IMG/VR virus record: IMGVR_UViG_3300013126_000009
Length of the DNA stretch: 64,000 nt
DNA from: a virus
Taxonomy: Duplodnaviria > Heunggongvirae > Uroviricota > Caudoviricetes
Reading direction: 5' to 3' (one strand)
Shown here: positions 1 to 9,800 of the stretch, in pieces
Numbering within the stretch: the stretch's first letter is position 1
Layout: every line of letters begins with the position of its first letter
Program-made: the position numbers and the translations under genes
The notes under the pieces: model-generated
The model's input: the letters and a program-made list of their open reading frames with translations, nothing else
Database searches by the model: none
Told to the model about the DNA's origin: nothing

Positions 1-57
1 GAAACACCAGAAAAACCAAAAGATAGTCCATTTGAATGTTTTGGTTGTAGTGCATAA
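1..57 (+). CDS. 3' end of a gene, probably class I ribonucleotide reductase alpha subunit (partial)
   Basis: Frame 1 reads ETPEKPKDSPFECFGCSA*. A terminal CxxCxx pair is typical of NrdA C-termini; only 18 residues are visible. Confidence 0.45.
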   Translation, partial: ETPEKPKDSPFECFGCSA

Positions 58-137
58 CGGTGAGTATAAGCCATCGTTTTAATGTGGCTTATACAGTGTT
101 GTACACAGTACGGGTTTAATGAATTAAAAATAAAATT

Positions 138-551
138 ATGATAACGGAATTAGTAAAGCAATGGGAAGAAAACAAGCATAAGCTTGAAGAGTATTTCAAA
201 ACGACAAAACAAGATGAATACGATAGCTATGAAGCTATTGTAAAGAAGATATTTGAATTGTGCATACCCGAAGCAACCACTTATAACGGATGGGCTTTGG
301 ATAAAATGACTGTAATTGATGATGGTGATTATCAAGGTACACAAATATTTATTGTGCCTACTGACACTTACCAACCAAGTGTGGAAGATTATGTAATGAC
401 TGACACTTATTACGGTAGTTGTAGTGGTTGCGATACTCTTCAAGCGATTAGTGAGTACGATTATGACCTACCAACAAATGAACAAGTTAAAGAGTATATG
501 ACCCTTGCTTTACATTTAGTGCAGAAACTTAAAAGGTTAGGCACAGAGTAG
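138..551 (+). CDS. cassette-borne hypothetical protein (YGSCSGCD motif)
   Basis: 137-aa ORF filling cassette 1. Confidence 0.8.
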   Translation: MITELVKQWEENKHKLEEYFKTTKQDEYDSYEAIVKKIFELCIPEATTYNGWALDKMTVIDDGDYQGTQIFIVPTDTYQPSVEDYVMTDTYYGSCSGCDTLQAISEYDYDLPTNEQVKEYMTLALHLVQKLKRLGTE

Positions 552-678
552 TATTGTGTACAACGGACGAGTGTATGGGTAGTGGCACATACACCGAACC
601 TTTGAATTATGCCACAAACTTTAACGTGCCATTACTTATACACATTGTTGTGTGTAGTAGCGGTTTAATAACAGAAAG

Positions 679-894
679 ATGACAGTAGATAGAGAACATA
701 CAGAAATTTTTGACCAAGCACACCAAATGTGGGCAGAAGGTACAAGCATTGGAAGCGGAGAAGGTTTAGAACCAAAAGAACACGACATTCAACACTTATT
801 AGGTGGAGAGGGTTGGGTTGCTGATGAAATTGATATTTGGTTTGATAGCCTTCAAAAATTTTGGCGATGGAGTTGCAAGATAGTAAAACCGTAG
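679..894 (+). CDS. cassette-borne hypothetical protein
   Basis: 71-aa acidic ORF filling cassette 2; its stop abuts the AAC flank. Confidence 0.65.
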   Translation: MTVDREHTEIFDQAHQMWAEGTSIGSGEGLEPKEHDIQHLLGGEGWVADEIDIWFDSLQKFWRWSCKIVKP

Positions 895-1039
895 CTATTA
901 CACACAACGGTTTCGGGCTTGGCGTTAGTGCCACCTTGCAAGAACTTTAAATTTAGGCACAAACTATCTGGTGGCATTACGCCAAACCCGTGTTATCGGA
1001 TAGTTCATTTTTCGTGGGTTGGCATTTAAGAATTTAAAA

Positions 1040-1342
1040 ATGGAACAAAAATTTAAAACACCAAACATTGCTTTTCAAAATGTCATTTCATTTACTTGTT
1101 CTGATGATGCAGTAAAACCGCTATTAGAATTATTTTCAAGACTACGAAGTCTTGGACAAATGGGAAGTAGTAGAGAAGTGGTAATTGATTGGGATGGTGA
1201 TGGTAGAGATAGACTTGAAAATATTTCAGTAAATGGAATGACATTGGATGCTTGGGAGTCTGAATTTGCAAGACTAAATAAAATCAGGGAAGATTTTGAA
1301 AAGCAAGAACCTTCTTCTGAGCAGGAGTCGGAAGAAAAATGA
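1040..1342 (+). CDS. cassette-borne hypothetical protein
   Basis: ATG at 1040 after an A-rich leader; stop abuts ATTTCCGATAAC. Confidence 0.7.
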   Translation: MEQKFKTPNIAFQNVISFTCSDDAVKPLLELFSRLRSLGQMGSSREVVIDWDGDGRDRLENISVNGMTLDAWESEFARLNKIREDFEKQEPSSEQESEEK

Positions 1343-1453
1343 ATTTCCGATAACGGAACAGGTGTATGAGCCGTGCCTGTTCGGAACTATCGAATTTACT
1401 ACGGCTTTTAATTGGCATGGCTTATACACCATGTTAGCAATCTGTAAAAAATT

Positions 1454-1720
1454 ATGGCAAAATTAAGATTAAACTCAGAAGAAAGAATGCGAATCACCGC
1501 AGACTATAAAGAAAATAACTTCATTGACGTGTGTGGGCATAAAGATGAACTTGGAATGAGCGTTGAATTTTACCCAACTATGCAATATATTGAGATACGT
1601 AAAAAAGGTGGGGTGTGTAGGCAATTTATGTTTGAAAAGAAAGGGCATAAAAAACATTATGACTTTGGATATTGGAAAGATGCAGAAGTTATTTTCTCTC
1701 TCAACGAAGTACGGCAGTAA
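1454..1720 (+). CDS. cassette-borne hypothetical protein
   Basis: 88-aa ORF filling cassette 4. Confidence 0.7.
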   Translation: MAKLRLNSEERMRITADYKENNFIDVCGHKDELGMSVEFYPTMQYIEIRKKGGVCRQFMFEKKGHKKHYDFGYWKDAEVIFSLNEVRQ

Positions 1721-1737
1721 TAATTTTTTATTGTTGC

Positions 1738-1784
1738 TAACGTCTGATGATAAACAATCGTTGTAATGTTGTTTATCATTTGTT
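1738..1784. repeat. 47-bp attC-like palindrome, copy 1 (second copy at 55962-56008)
   Basis: TAACGTCTGATGATAAACAATCGTT(G/T)TAATGTTGTTTATCATTTGTT; 46 of 47 nt identical to 55962-56008. Confidence 0.9.
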
Positions 1785-1853
1785 ATACACAGTACGGTTT
1801 ATTAAGGTAGAATGTTGATACAAAGAGCGGATAAAAACTTTTAAAAAATTTAT

Positions 1854-2201
1854 ATGAAAAATACAAGAGAAAACGCAGAAAAATTTATATGGGACTTTGG
1901 TAAAGGGAAAAGTTTCGTAGATAGACTGGAAGGAGTACCAGATTTTGTTGATTTATTGACTGAGTATGGTAATAAAGTTGAAAACCAATACATACCGAAT
2001 GATGCACATTCGTTTGAAGTATTTGCTATAAAAGATAGCGAGGATTCACCAACTGGAAAACAAGCATTTATTGGTTTTAAACTTGATAATGGGAACTTTC
2101 ATTTTGTTGGAGTACCATACACTGAACCAATAAAAAATAAACAAAACTGGTTCTCGAAATTTTTTAAAAGTTTTATAGACAAACTTAAATTGAAACACTA
2201 A
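1854..2201 (+). CDS. cassette-borne hypothetical protein
   Basis: 115-aa ORF filling cassette 5. Confidence 0.7.
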   Translation: MKNTRENAEKFIWDFGKGKSFVDRLEGVPDFVDLLTEYGNKVENQYIPNDAHSFEVFAIKDSEDSPTGKQAFIGFKLDNGNFHFVGVPYTEPIKNKQNWFSKFFKSFIDKLKLKH

Positions 2202-2216
2202 TGTAGTATTGTGTAT

Positions 2217-2233
2217 AACTAGGATATATACAC
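2217..2233. other. array-terminal (attI-like) site
   Basis: AACTAGGATATATACAC; matches AACTAGAATATATAAAC at 57234-57250, which ends array 2. Confidence 0.55.
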
Positions 2234-2363
2234 ACCTTTTAGTAAGTTATTGATTTTAATATAGTTACAGGGTCATTTTATTAAAAAATATAAAGATTTA
2301 AAAAGAAATCTTATAATTGATATATTAATTTACAAAACTTATTGTTCCAGTATATTTACTATT

Positions 2364-2750
2364 ATGGCACAAGGTAAATATATTAATATTAGATATCCAT
2401 TTAGGGATAGCAATCAAGGGTTTTATCTTGATTTAAATAATACTGATGCAACAGCTATCAGGTCAGACCTACTCCACCTTCTTTTAACACAAAAGGGTCA
2501 AAGGTTATATATGCCAGATTTTGGTACAGACCTACTTAAGTATATCTTTGAACAAAACGATTCTAAACTATCGTCCGATATTAAATTTGATATTAATGAA
2601 ACCGTTAAGAAGTACATACCAAACCTAAGAATTAATGAGGTTATCGTTGATAGAGATGAAAATAATGAACATAAAGTAACATTGACAATAGATTACACCG
2701 TAACTGAAGATGTGTTTGAACAAAATGATGTTATTGTGATTAATCTTTAA
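2364..2750 (+). CDS. baseplate wedge subunit, T4 gp25-like (GPW_gp25)
   Basis: AIRSDLLHLLLTQKGQRLYMPDFGTDLLKYIFE motif; first gene of the baseplate module. Confidence 0.85.
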   Translation: MAQGKYINIRYPFRDSNQGFYLDLNNTDATAIRSDLLHLLLTQKGQRLYMPDFGTDLLKYIFEQNDSKLSSDIKFDINETVKKYIPNLRINEVIVDRDENNEHKVTLTIDYTVTEDVFEQNDVIVINL

Positions 2751-2766
2751 TTTCAAAATTTAACCA

Positions 2767-2877
2767 TTATAATATATTTATATCTAAAGAATTTATAATG
2801 GCACAAAAAATACCATATTTTGCTAGAAACTTTGCTGACGTAAGAACTGAATTAGTTAACTATGTTAGACAATATTA
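2767..2877 (+). repeat. 111-bp direct repeat, copy 1 (late promoter plus first 26 codons of the baseplate gene)
   Basis: Matches 4569-4679 at offset 1802 with 2 mismatches; a third mismatch falls at 2878/4680. All three are synonymous third positions. Confidence 0.95.
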
Positions 2878-2905
2878 CCATTATTGGTTTAAAATATATG
2901 TATAA
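2798..2905 (+). pseudogene. truncated 5' fragment of the baseplate wedge gene
   Basis: MAQKIPYFARNFADVRTELVNYVRQYY then HYWFKIYV*; the first 27 aa are identical to the 4600 ORF. Confidence 0.8.
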
Positions 2906-4503
2906 CTGCCACAATCATAAATCTTATATAAACCATTATCTCTTAATATCTCATCAGCTGTTTTACCATTAAAATCAAAACCCATATCATAAAGTTTATG
3001 TTTTTGATACTTAAATCTACTCTCTCTATTTTTACCTTTAGAAATTGTGAAAGATGGTTTATTGATTGATTTTAGTTTAAACCCTAATGTTTCATACATA
3101 TTACCAGTACTCCACCTTCTATCAGCATAACTAATAATTTCTTTTGGTTTATATTCTCTAATGAAATATTTAAGTAATTTACTAGCACCACCAACAATAG
3201 TAGTATTAAGTTTATTACAAAATCTAAGTAACTCAGTCTTTTTATGTTTTATAACACCCCTTTTACCAAAAGTCATTATACTAACTAATTCATTATTATA
3301 ATAAAGTCCTAAATTAACCTTACTACCAACGGCACCCTGAATGTGATTTTCATTAAGGAAGTTAGTTTTTTCTTTTGTAGGTACTTCTTTAATTTGGCAT
3401 TTCCTAGCATATATTCTATTTTCAGTTATACCTAACAAGTTCTTTAATCTACTCTTAACAATATCCTGTTTATATAACCATTCATCTTCAAAGATATGTA
3501 TTAATCTAACACCTTTAGCTTCACACTCTTTGGTTTTATTTAAGTGATAGTCTTTATCTTTATGTAATTCAGAATGCCAATATAAACCATTGAATTCAAT
3601 GGCTAATTTATGTTTTGGAAGATAAATATCTAATTCGTATGGTTCAATAATGTCCCTACAATTTTCTAATATACTAAACCCAAAAGAATTAATAAAAGCC
3701 ACAATGTCTTTTTCAATATTAGATATACTATTTAAACATTTTTTACAACCACTACCGTTTCTATGTGAATCAGGTCTTAATTCAAACTCACCATGTTCTG
3801 GACAAATTATTGTAACAGGCGTTTTAATATCAACATAATCAACTTTACTATAGTCGTATGTATTACCATGTATTTGACCCATTTTTTCTATAAAGGATTG
3901 ATTATCAAAAATTTTAAAAGCGCAATATGGGCATCCCCGATTTTTAGACGTAAAGTTATTTGGTGTTGTTATAAATTCACCATGCTCTGGACATATGATA
4001 ATAACATCCGTGACACTATTAACGTAATTAACCTTTGAGTAATCATATTTGTCACCATAAATCTCTTTAGATTTTTTTATAAAAAGTTTAGTATCCATTT
4101 TAGCGGTACCACCGCAGTATTTACAACCTTTACCACTTAAATGATTAGTTGGCGCTTGCTCAAACTTACCATGTTCTGGACAAATTATTGTTACTTTAGT
4201 TTTATTATTAATATATTCCACCTCTGAGTAGTCATATTTATTACCATGAATCTCTTTAGCCTCATTAATAAAAGCATCCAAACCCTTTTTCTGCCTACTA
4301 ACTTGTTGCTCTATTGAACATTTTGGGCAACCTTGCTTCCCAGACACATGTTTTGCGGGGGCCTTTTCAAACACACCATGCTTTGGGCATATTATTTTGA
4401 CTGGTATATTATTTAATTTGTAGTCAACTTTAGAATAGTCGTATTTATCACCATGGACTTTTTTAGCCTTGATTATAAAATTTTTAGTGTTATTTTTTTT
4501 CAT
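2881..4503 (-). CDS. free-standing Hef-like/Vsr (PD-(D/E)XK) homing endonuclease with 4 Zn-binding repeats
   Basis: Four repeats of the form HGxKYDYSxVxY...IICPxHGxF...GCxxC; ELDIYLPKHKLAIEFNGLYWH nuclease motif; C-terminal ELLRFC...IISYADRRWS domain; antisense to the operon. Confidence 0.8.
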   Translation of the reverse strand: MKKNNTKNFIIKAKKVHGDKYDYSKVDYKLNNIPVKIICPKHGVFEKAPAKHVSGKQGCPKCSIEQQVSRQKKGLDAFINEAKEIHGNKYDYSEVEYINNKTKVTIICPEHGKFEQAPTNHLSGKGCKYCGGTAKMDTKLFIKKSKEIYGDKYDYSKVNYVNSVTDVIIICPEHGEFITTPNNFTSKNRGCPYCAFKIFDNQSFIEKMGQIHGNTYDYSKVDYVDIKTPVTIICPEHGEFELRPDSHRNGSGCKKCLNSISNIEKDIVAFINSFGFSILENCRDIIEPYELDIYLPKHKLAIEFNGLYWHSELHKDKDYHLNKTKECEAKGVRLIHIFEDEWLYKQDIVKSRLKNLLGITENRIYARKCQIKEVPTKEKTNFLNENHIQGAVGSKVNLGLYYNNELVSIMTFGKRGVIKHKKTELLRFCNKLNTTIVGGASKLLKYFIREYKPKEIISYADRRWSTGNMYETLGFKLKSINKPSFTISKGKNRESRFKYQKHKLYDMGFDFNGKTADEILRDNGLYKIYDCGSYTYILNQ

Positions 4504-4532
4504 ACTTATAGCCGTTTACTTGTAATTACTAA

Positions 4533-4540
4533 CAAATATA
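4533..4540 (-). promoter_or_regulatory. Bacteroidota sigma-A type -7 box driving the endonuclease
   Basis: Minus strand reads TATATTTG (TAnnTTTG), with a TTTG upstream. Confidence 0.65.
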
Positions 4541-4568
4541 CAAAAACTTCACAAATAAAAAAAATCAT

Positions 4569-4679
4569 TTATAATATATTTATATCTAAAGAATTTATAA
4601 TGGCACAAAAAATACCATACTTTGCTAGAAACTTTGCTGATGTAAGAACTGAATTAGTTAACTATGTTAGACAATATTA
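4569..4679 (+). repeat. 111-bp direct repeat, copy 2 (functional promoter and start of the baseplate gene)
   Basis: See 2767-2877. Confidence 0.95.
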
Positions 4680-6420
4680 TCCCCAAATCTTCAATGATTT
4701 CAATGATGCGTCCGTTGGGATGATGCTCTTGGAACTCAACGCTGCTGTAGGAGACATGTTATCATTCCATACTGATAGGATGTTTCAGGAGACCCAGATT
4801 AATTTTGCACAGGAGCGTTCAAGTGTTTTAAGTATGGCTAGGACTTTTGGTTTAAAGGTACCAGGTAAAAGAGCCAGCGCAACGATTGTCGATTTCAGTG
4901 TAACCGTACCTGTTTTTGGTGATACGTTTGATTTATCGTATGCACCAGTTATAAGACAAGGTGCTCAAGTTTCTGGTGCTGGAAAGGTTTTTGAATCTAT
5001 GTATGATATTGATTTTTCATCACCTTTCACTATTGGTGGTATACCTAATAGATTGGTAATACCTAACTTAGATGGCTCTGGTAATATCATTAACTACACG
5101 TTAACCAAACGTGAAATGGTTATTAATGGTGTAACAAAGATTTTCAAGCGAGCTATTGGTCAAAATGATGTTAGACCATTCTTTGAGGTTACACTACCAG
5201 ATAATGATGTTATATCGATTAATTCAATAATAACCTTAGAGGGTACAAACTATACACAGACGCCAAGCATTGACCAATTCTTGAATTTTGATAATCGGTG
5301 GTATGAAATGGATGCTTTGGCTGAGGATAAAGTTTTTATTGAAGACCAACTATCACCAAGTACACAGTCAGGAATTAAGACAGGTAAATGGGTTAGAGTT
5401 GATAGGCGGTTTATTAGGGAATATACTGATTTAGGTTTTACGAACATAATATTTGGTGGTGGTTCACAAGATATTGGTTCATTATGTGATTTTGATGTTG
5501 ATGTTACATTAGTTAATAGAATTGGTGATTTCATTAATAATATGAGTTTGGGTACCACACTAACACCAAACACAACAATGTTTATCAGTTATCGTGTTGG
5601 TGGTGGTGGTGCAACTAATTTGGGGCCTAACGTAATCAATACAGTTAATAACGTTAATATGTTGGTTAATGGTTCAAACCCAACAATCAATTCTGCTGTT
5701 AGAAATTCATTAACGGTAAATAACCCATTACCAGCTGTAGGCGGTAAAGATGAACCATCAGTTGAAGAGATACGAAACCTTGTAAGGTATAATTTTTCAG
5801 CACAGAACAGATGTGTTACATTAAAGGATTACCAATCACGAATTCAATTAATGCCAGGTCAATTTGGTTCACCATTCAGGACTGGCGTTATTGAAGACCA
5901 AAACAAGGTTAGTGTCTATATATTGACATTGAATAGTGACGGTAGTTTATCAAACCAAACAACATCAACATTAAGGAATAATATTTCAGAATATCTATCT
6001 GAGTATAGAATGATGAATGACTATGTTGAGGTTAAGAGTGGTAAGGTTATAAATTTAGGTTTCGATATTGATGTTTTTATTGATAAACAGTATCCACAGA
6101 CACAAATTGTTAGTCAGGTTATTCAAGAGGTACAAAATTATATGGATATCAATAATTTCGATATGGGTGAATCAATATATTTAAGTCAATTAATTGAAAA
6201 TATAAATAATGTTGGCGGTGTGTTGAATGTGATAAATATGCAGGTCTTCAATAAAGTCGGTGGTAATTACTCATTAAATGAGATATCACAACCATTGATA
6301 AATGAAGAAACTTTGGAGATTGATTTATCACAGAATTATGCTCTTATAGGTGACCCAATTAGTATGTTTGAAATTAAGAATGTTGGTACAGATATAAGGG
6401 TTCGAGTTAGGACGTCCTAA
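4600..6420 (+). CDS. baseplate wedge protein (T4 gp6 / baseplate J-like)
   Basis: Start corrected to ATG 4600; FAQERSSVLSMARTFG, GGKDEPSVEEIR and AQNRCVTLKDY motifs; follows the gp25-like gene. Confidence 0.8.
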   Translation: MAQKIPYFARNFADVRTELVNYVRQYYPQIFNDFNDASVGMMLLELNAAVGDMLSFHTDRMFQETQINFAQERSSVLSMARTFGLKVPGKRASATIVDFSVTVPVFGDTFDLSYAPVIRQGAQVSGAGKVFESMYDIDFSSPFTIGGIPNRLVIPNLDGSGNIINYTLTKREMVINGVTKIFKRAIGQNDVRPFFEVTLPDNDVISINSIITLEGTNYTQTPSIDQFLNFDNRWYEMDALAEDKVFIEDQLSPSTQSGIKTGKWVRVDRRFIREYTDLGFTNIIFGGGSQDIGSLCDFDVDVTLVNRIGDFINNMSLGTTLTPNTTMFISYRVGGGGATNLGPNVINTVNNVNMLVNGSNPTINSAVRNSLTVNNPLPAVGGKDEPSVEEIRNLVRYNFSAQNRCVTLKDYQSRIQLMPGQFGSPFRTGVIEDQNKVSVYILTLNSDGSLSNQTTSTLRNNISEYLSEYRMMNDYVEVKSGKVINLGFDIDVFIDKQYPQTQIVSQVIQEVQNYMDINNFDMGESIYLSQLIENINNVGGVLNVINMQVFNKVGGNYSLNEISQPLINEETLEIDLSQNYALIGDPISMFEIKNVGTDIRVRVRTS

Positions 6421-6493
6421 TTCAAAAATAAGTAACACTTTGTTAAGGTTATTGACTTAAATGTTATTTTGTTTAAATTAAAGGTAAAAAAAT

Positions 6494-6820
6494 ATGAGTT
6501 GTGGTTGTAAAAATGTAAGAGATACTAGTGTTCCAGACGCTAAGTTAATGTCAACAAATAAATCGATAAATACTAATACCATATTTAAGTGGTTAATCTT
6601 TATTGGTATGGTGGTATTATCACCATTATTTTTACCATTTTTTATTAGTTTTTTATATAAATTAATAATCAAAAACCAAAATATGGACATGACCCACACG
6701 CTAAAATCTATTGTCGAGCTAATGAAAACCAGTAGAATTTTAAATACTAAAAGTGATATTGATATTGTGGATTTAGAACTATATGATAATAATTCTAAAT
6801 TAGAACTGGTAAATGTCTAA
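6494..6820 (+). CDS. small membrane protein
   Basis: One hydrophobic segment (IFKWLIFIGMVVLSPLFLPFFISFLY); MSCGCK N-terminus. Confidence 0.7.
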   Translation: MSCGCKNVRDTSVPDAKLMSTNKSINTNTIFKWLIFIGMVVLSPLFLPFFISFLYKLIIKNQNMDMTHTLKSIVELMKTSRILNTKSDIDIVDLELYDNNSKLELVNV

Positions 6821-9800
6821 AACAATTAGAATACGGACAACACCTAATGGTGATGATAAGTTCATTAAAATCAATATGGAACAAGATTTTGATTTTGTTG
6901 AAATCTTATCATTAAAAATATCTCAAAAAGAATTATATACAACCTTTTGTGCTGGTTATGGTGCGATAGTTGGTCGAGTATCTATTAATGGTGGTTTTGG
7001 TGTTCCAAATGCTAAAGTTAGCGTGTTTATTCCAGTATCTGAGCTTGATAGACAGAACGATAAGATATTCGGTTTATATCCATTTGAAACAATTACTGAT
7101 ATTGGTCCTAACGGTTTAAGATATAATTTATTAAGTAAGGATAATCAAACAAACGATGATTGTTTTACGCCTGTTGGTGATTTTTCTGATAAAAGGACAT
7201 TTTTGGATGACGACACGATGTTGGACATATATTGTGAATACTATAAATTCACTACAACATCTAATGCCGCTGGTGATTATATGATATTCGGTGTACCCAC
7301 TGGCGCTCAGATAATGCACGTTGAGGCTGATGTATCAGACATAGGCATTATTAGCCAAAAACCATTTGACTTTGTTAGAAAGGGTTCATCCGAAGAGGTT
7401 TTTGAATCAACAACAAAGTTCAGGGGTAGTGAGGAAGATTTAGATTTCAATTTACAAATAATCAAACAATCACCGATAAGTGTTAATGTACAACCATACT
7501 GGGGTGATGACGATAATTGTAATGTTGCAATTACTAGAAGGGATATTGATTTAAAAGCTGCTATCACACCACAGGCAATATTCATGGGTTCAATTTTTGG
7601 TGATAACGAAATTAATTCACTAAGTTTAACCTGTAAACCCAGAGAAAATATGGGTACACTAAATGACCAAACAACTGGAACTGGTAAAATTGAAATGGTC
7701 AGAGAAACATTATCAGGCAATATCGAAAGGTTTGATGTCGGTGGTGGACAATTAATCGATTCTGACGGTACATGGGCTTATCAAGTACCAATGAATTTGG
7801 ACTATAGGGTTACGGATGAATATGGTAATTTAGTACCAACCGATGACCCAAAGAAAGGTATACCCACTAGAGCCAAAGTTAGATTTAGAATTAAAATGAA
7901 TATAACTGGTGGCGAGGGTAATCTAAGAGAACGAGCAGCATACTTAGTTCCCAATAATCCAATAAATGTTGGTGGATTAAATACCGATTTTGAATTTGGT
8001 CCAAATACCAAAAAAGAAAATTTAGCCGAATTAGTTTGGAATGGTATTTATACTGTTAAAAATTATATACCCAGAGTTCAAAAATCAGACACCCACCCAA
8101 GCAGTAGAAGTGGCGATAAGATTAGAAATTTTATTGGAATCAAAGACGTTGATAGTGCCAGAGGTAAGTATACACCATTTCCATATAATCATATGACTTT
8201 CGAAACCGAAGCTTTGTTTGGTTTCATATGCACTTTAACAATTGCTTTTGCTGGTCTTATTAGTTTTATAAATACTGGTATTATATCGCTATTAAACATA
8301 ATTATTAGTACGATTAATGATGTTTTAGATATATTTGGTATACCACTCATTGATTATATAGCCTGTATTACGTTAGAATGTGATAATGTACCATATGCAC
8401 CAGGTTGTTGTTCATCAGATAGTCAACAGTTTCCATGTACATTACCAAGAGCTGATTTAGGTTGTGATGCCGCTGGTAACGGTGTTGTTTGTGTCGGAAG
8501 TGAAATTAATGTAAATGATTGGAACCAGACATTACCACCAGGCGATGCTGGATATACTAAATGTATTGCAATATCTCTGGCAAAAGACCTTAATCTATTT
8601 AAATTCGATTTCTATAACGATTGGGTAAATGGTACATTATATTCACCTTTATTCAAGGTTAGAGTGAAAGACGGTGACCCAAATAACCTTAGTTACGGCC
8701 CACATAAGTTTTGTGAGTGGTCTAATGACGGTATACCATCAAATCTAAGTGTCAATAATGATAATAATGGTACACCAGATAATACTAGTTACGATGACAT
8801 ATTTTTAGTTGATACTTGTTTTGGAATACCTTTAGGTTGTCCAAATACAACTTATCCTAATTGTGGAGAACTTAATTTATGTAATAACCAAAGACCGAAT
8901 AATCAAGGCCATAGGTATATAGGACAACCATATAACATCAAACATGGTTTAATCGTTTATTATGATGAAAACTATTATTATGCTCCATATTCTAAAACTA
9001 ATGATGAGTATTTATTAGCAACTGACATAGTTACACTTGGCTCAAGCGTAAAGTGTCATTGGTTAGGTTTACCATCAGTTTATGAATTGTTTGTTGACAC
9101 AACATACAAATTACCACCATATTTGGATGAAACAGACCAAAACTTCACAGTATCTGGAATGGATAATTTAAGTGCCCAATTAAGCTCTAACCCATGTCAA
9201 GATAATTTACCACCTCTTAGTTCTTTATTTTTCAGTGTCAACTGTTTTTTTGCTAGAACAACAAATATCAGTTGCGGAAATCTAAGAAGACAGTGTGAAT
9301 TAGGTGTTGGGTTTGACGAGACTAGAGGTAATACACCACCAGATGATGAACTCACAGCGGACGACATAGACATTAGATTTACTAGAAACGTGTTTGCATG
9401 GATGAATGGTTATGGTTTAGATGGTACGCCATTAAATAGTTTATATACCACACCTTTTAGTATAAACACAGATTTTAATAATCTACCATCATGTGGTAAT
9501 CAAGTTGGGGATTTAGATACATTACTAAATGGTTTAAGTTATAATCGCTTTAGGTATGGTTGGGTTGATAGTACCCAAGTCGGTAAAATGTGTGACGCAT
9601 TTCCACAGTCATTAAACTCTTTTTATTTTTACTTTGGTTTAAATAGAAACAAAACCGCATTAGCTAAAATGTTAGCAAAATATTTTGCACCATGCCCAGT
9701 TCAAGATAAACCAGATTTTCTAATATTAGGTGATATTACCGATAGTACCGATTTAAATAATTGTAATGGTGAAATAGATGTTACGATACAAGGCGGTACA

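Larger units (their letters stand above)
55..2233 (+). mobile_element. Integron-like gene-cassette array 1 (5 cassettes)
   Basis: Imperfect palindromes YAAC...GTT at 55-100, 561-649, 905-994, 1351-1435 and 1738-1784. The GTT flank before each ORF is the reverse complement of the AAC flank after it (e.g. GTTGTACACAGTAC 98-111 / GTATTGTGTACAAC 551-564; GTTGTGTGTAGTAGC 647-661 / GCTATTACACACAAC 894-908). The array ends in AACTAGGATATATACAC (2217-2233). Confidence 0.8.

Noticed and set aside
55-2233. CRISPR array interpretation of the regularly spaced palindromes (also 55067-57250)
   Set aside because: Repeats are not identical, and the intervals are 200-500 bp whole genes rather than 30-40-bp spacers.
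2878-4568. Group I intron in the baseplate gene
   Set aside because: The duplication includes the promoter and start codon, so the downstream copy is complete without splicing. The ORF is antisense and fills the interval, leaving no room for a ribozyme core.
4453-4599. ORF-track N-terminal extension of the baseplate gene
   Set aside because: It overlaps the endonuclease start and promoters; the duplicated copy shows the real start is ATG 4600.
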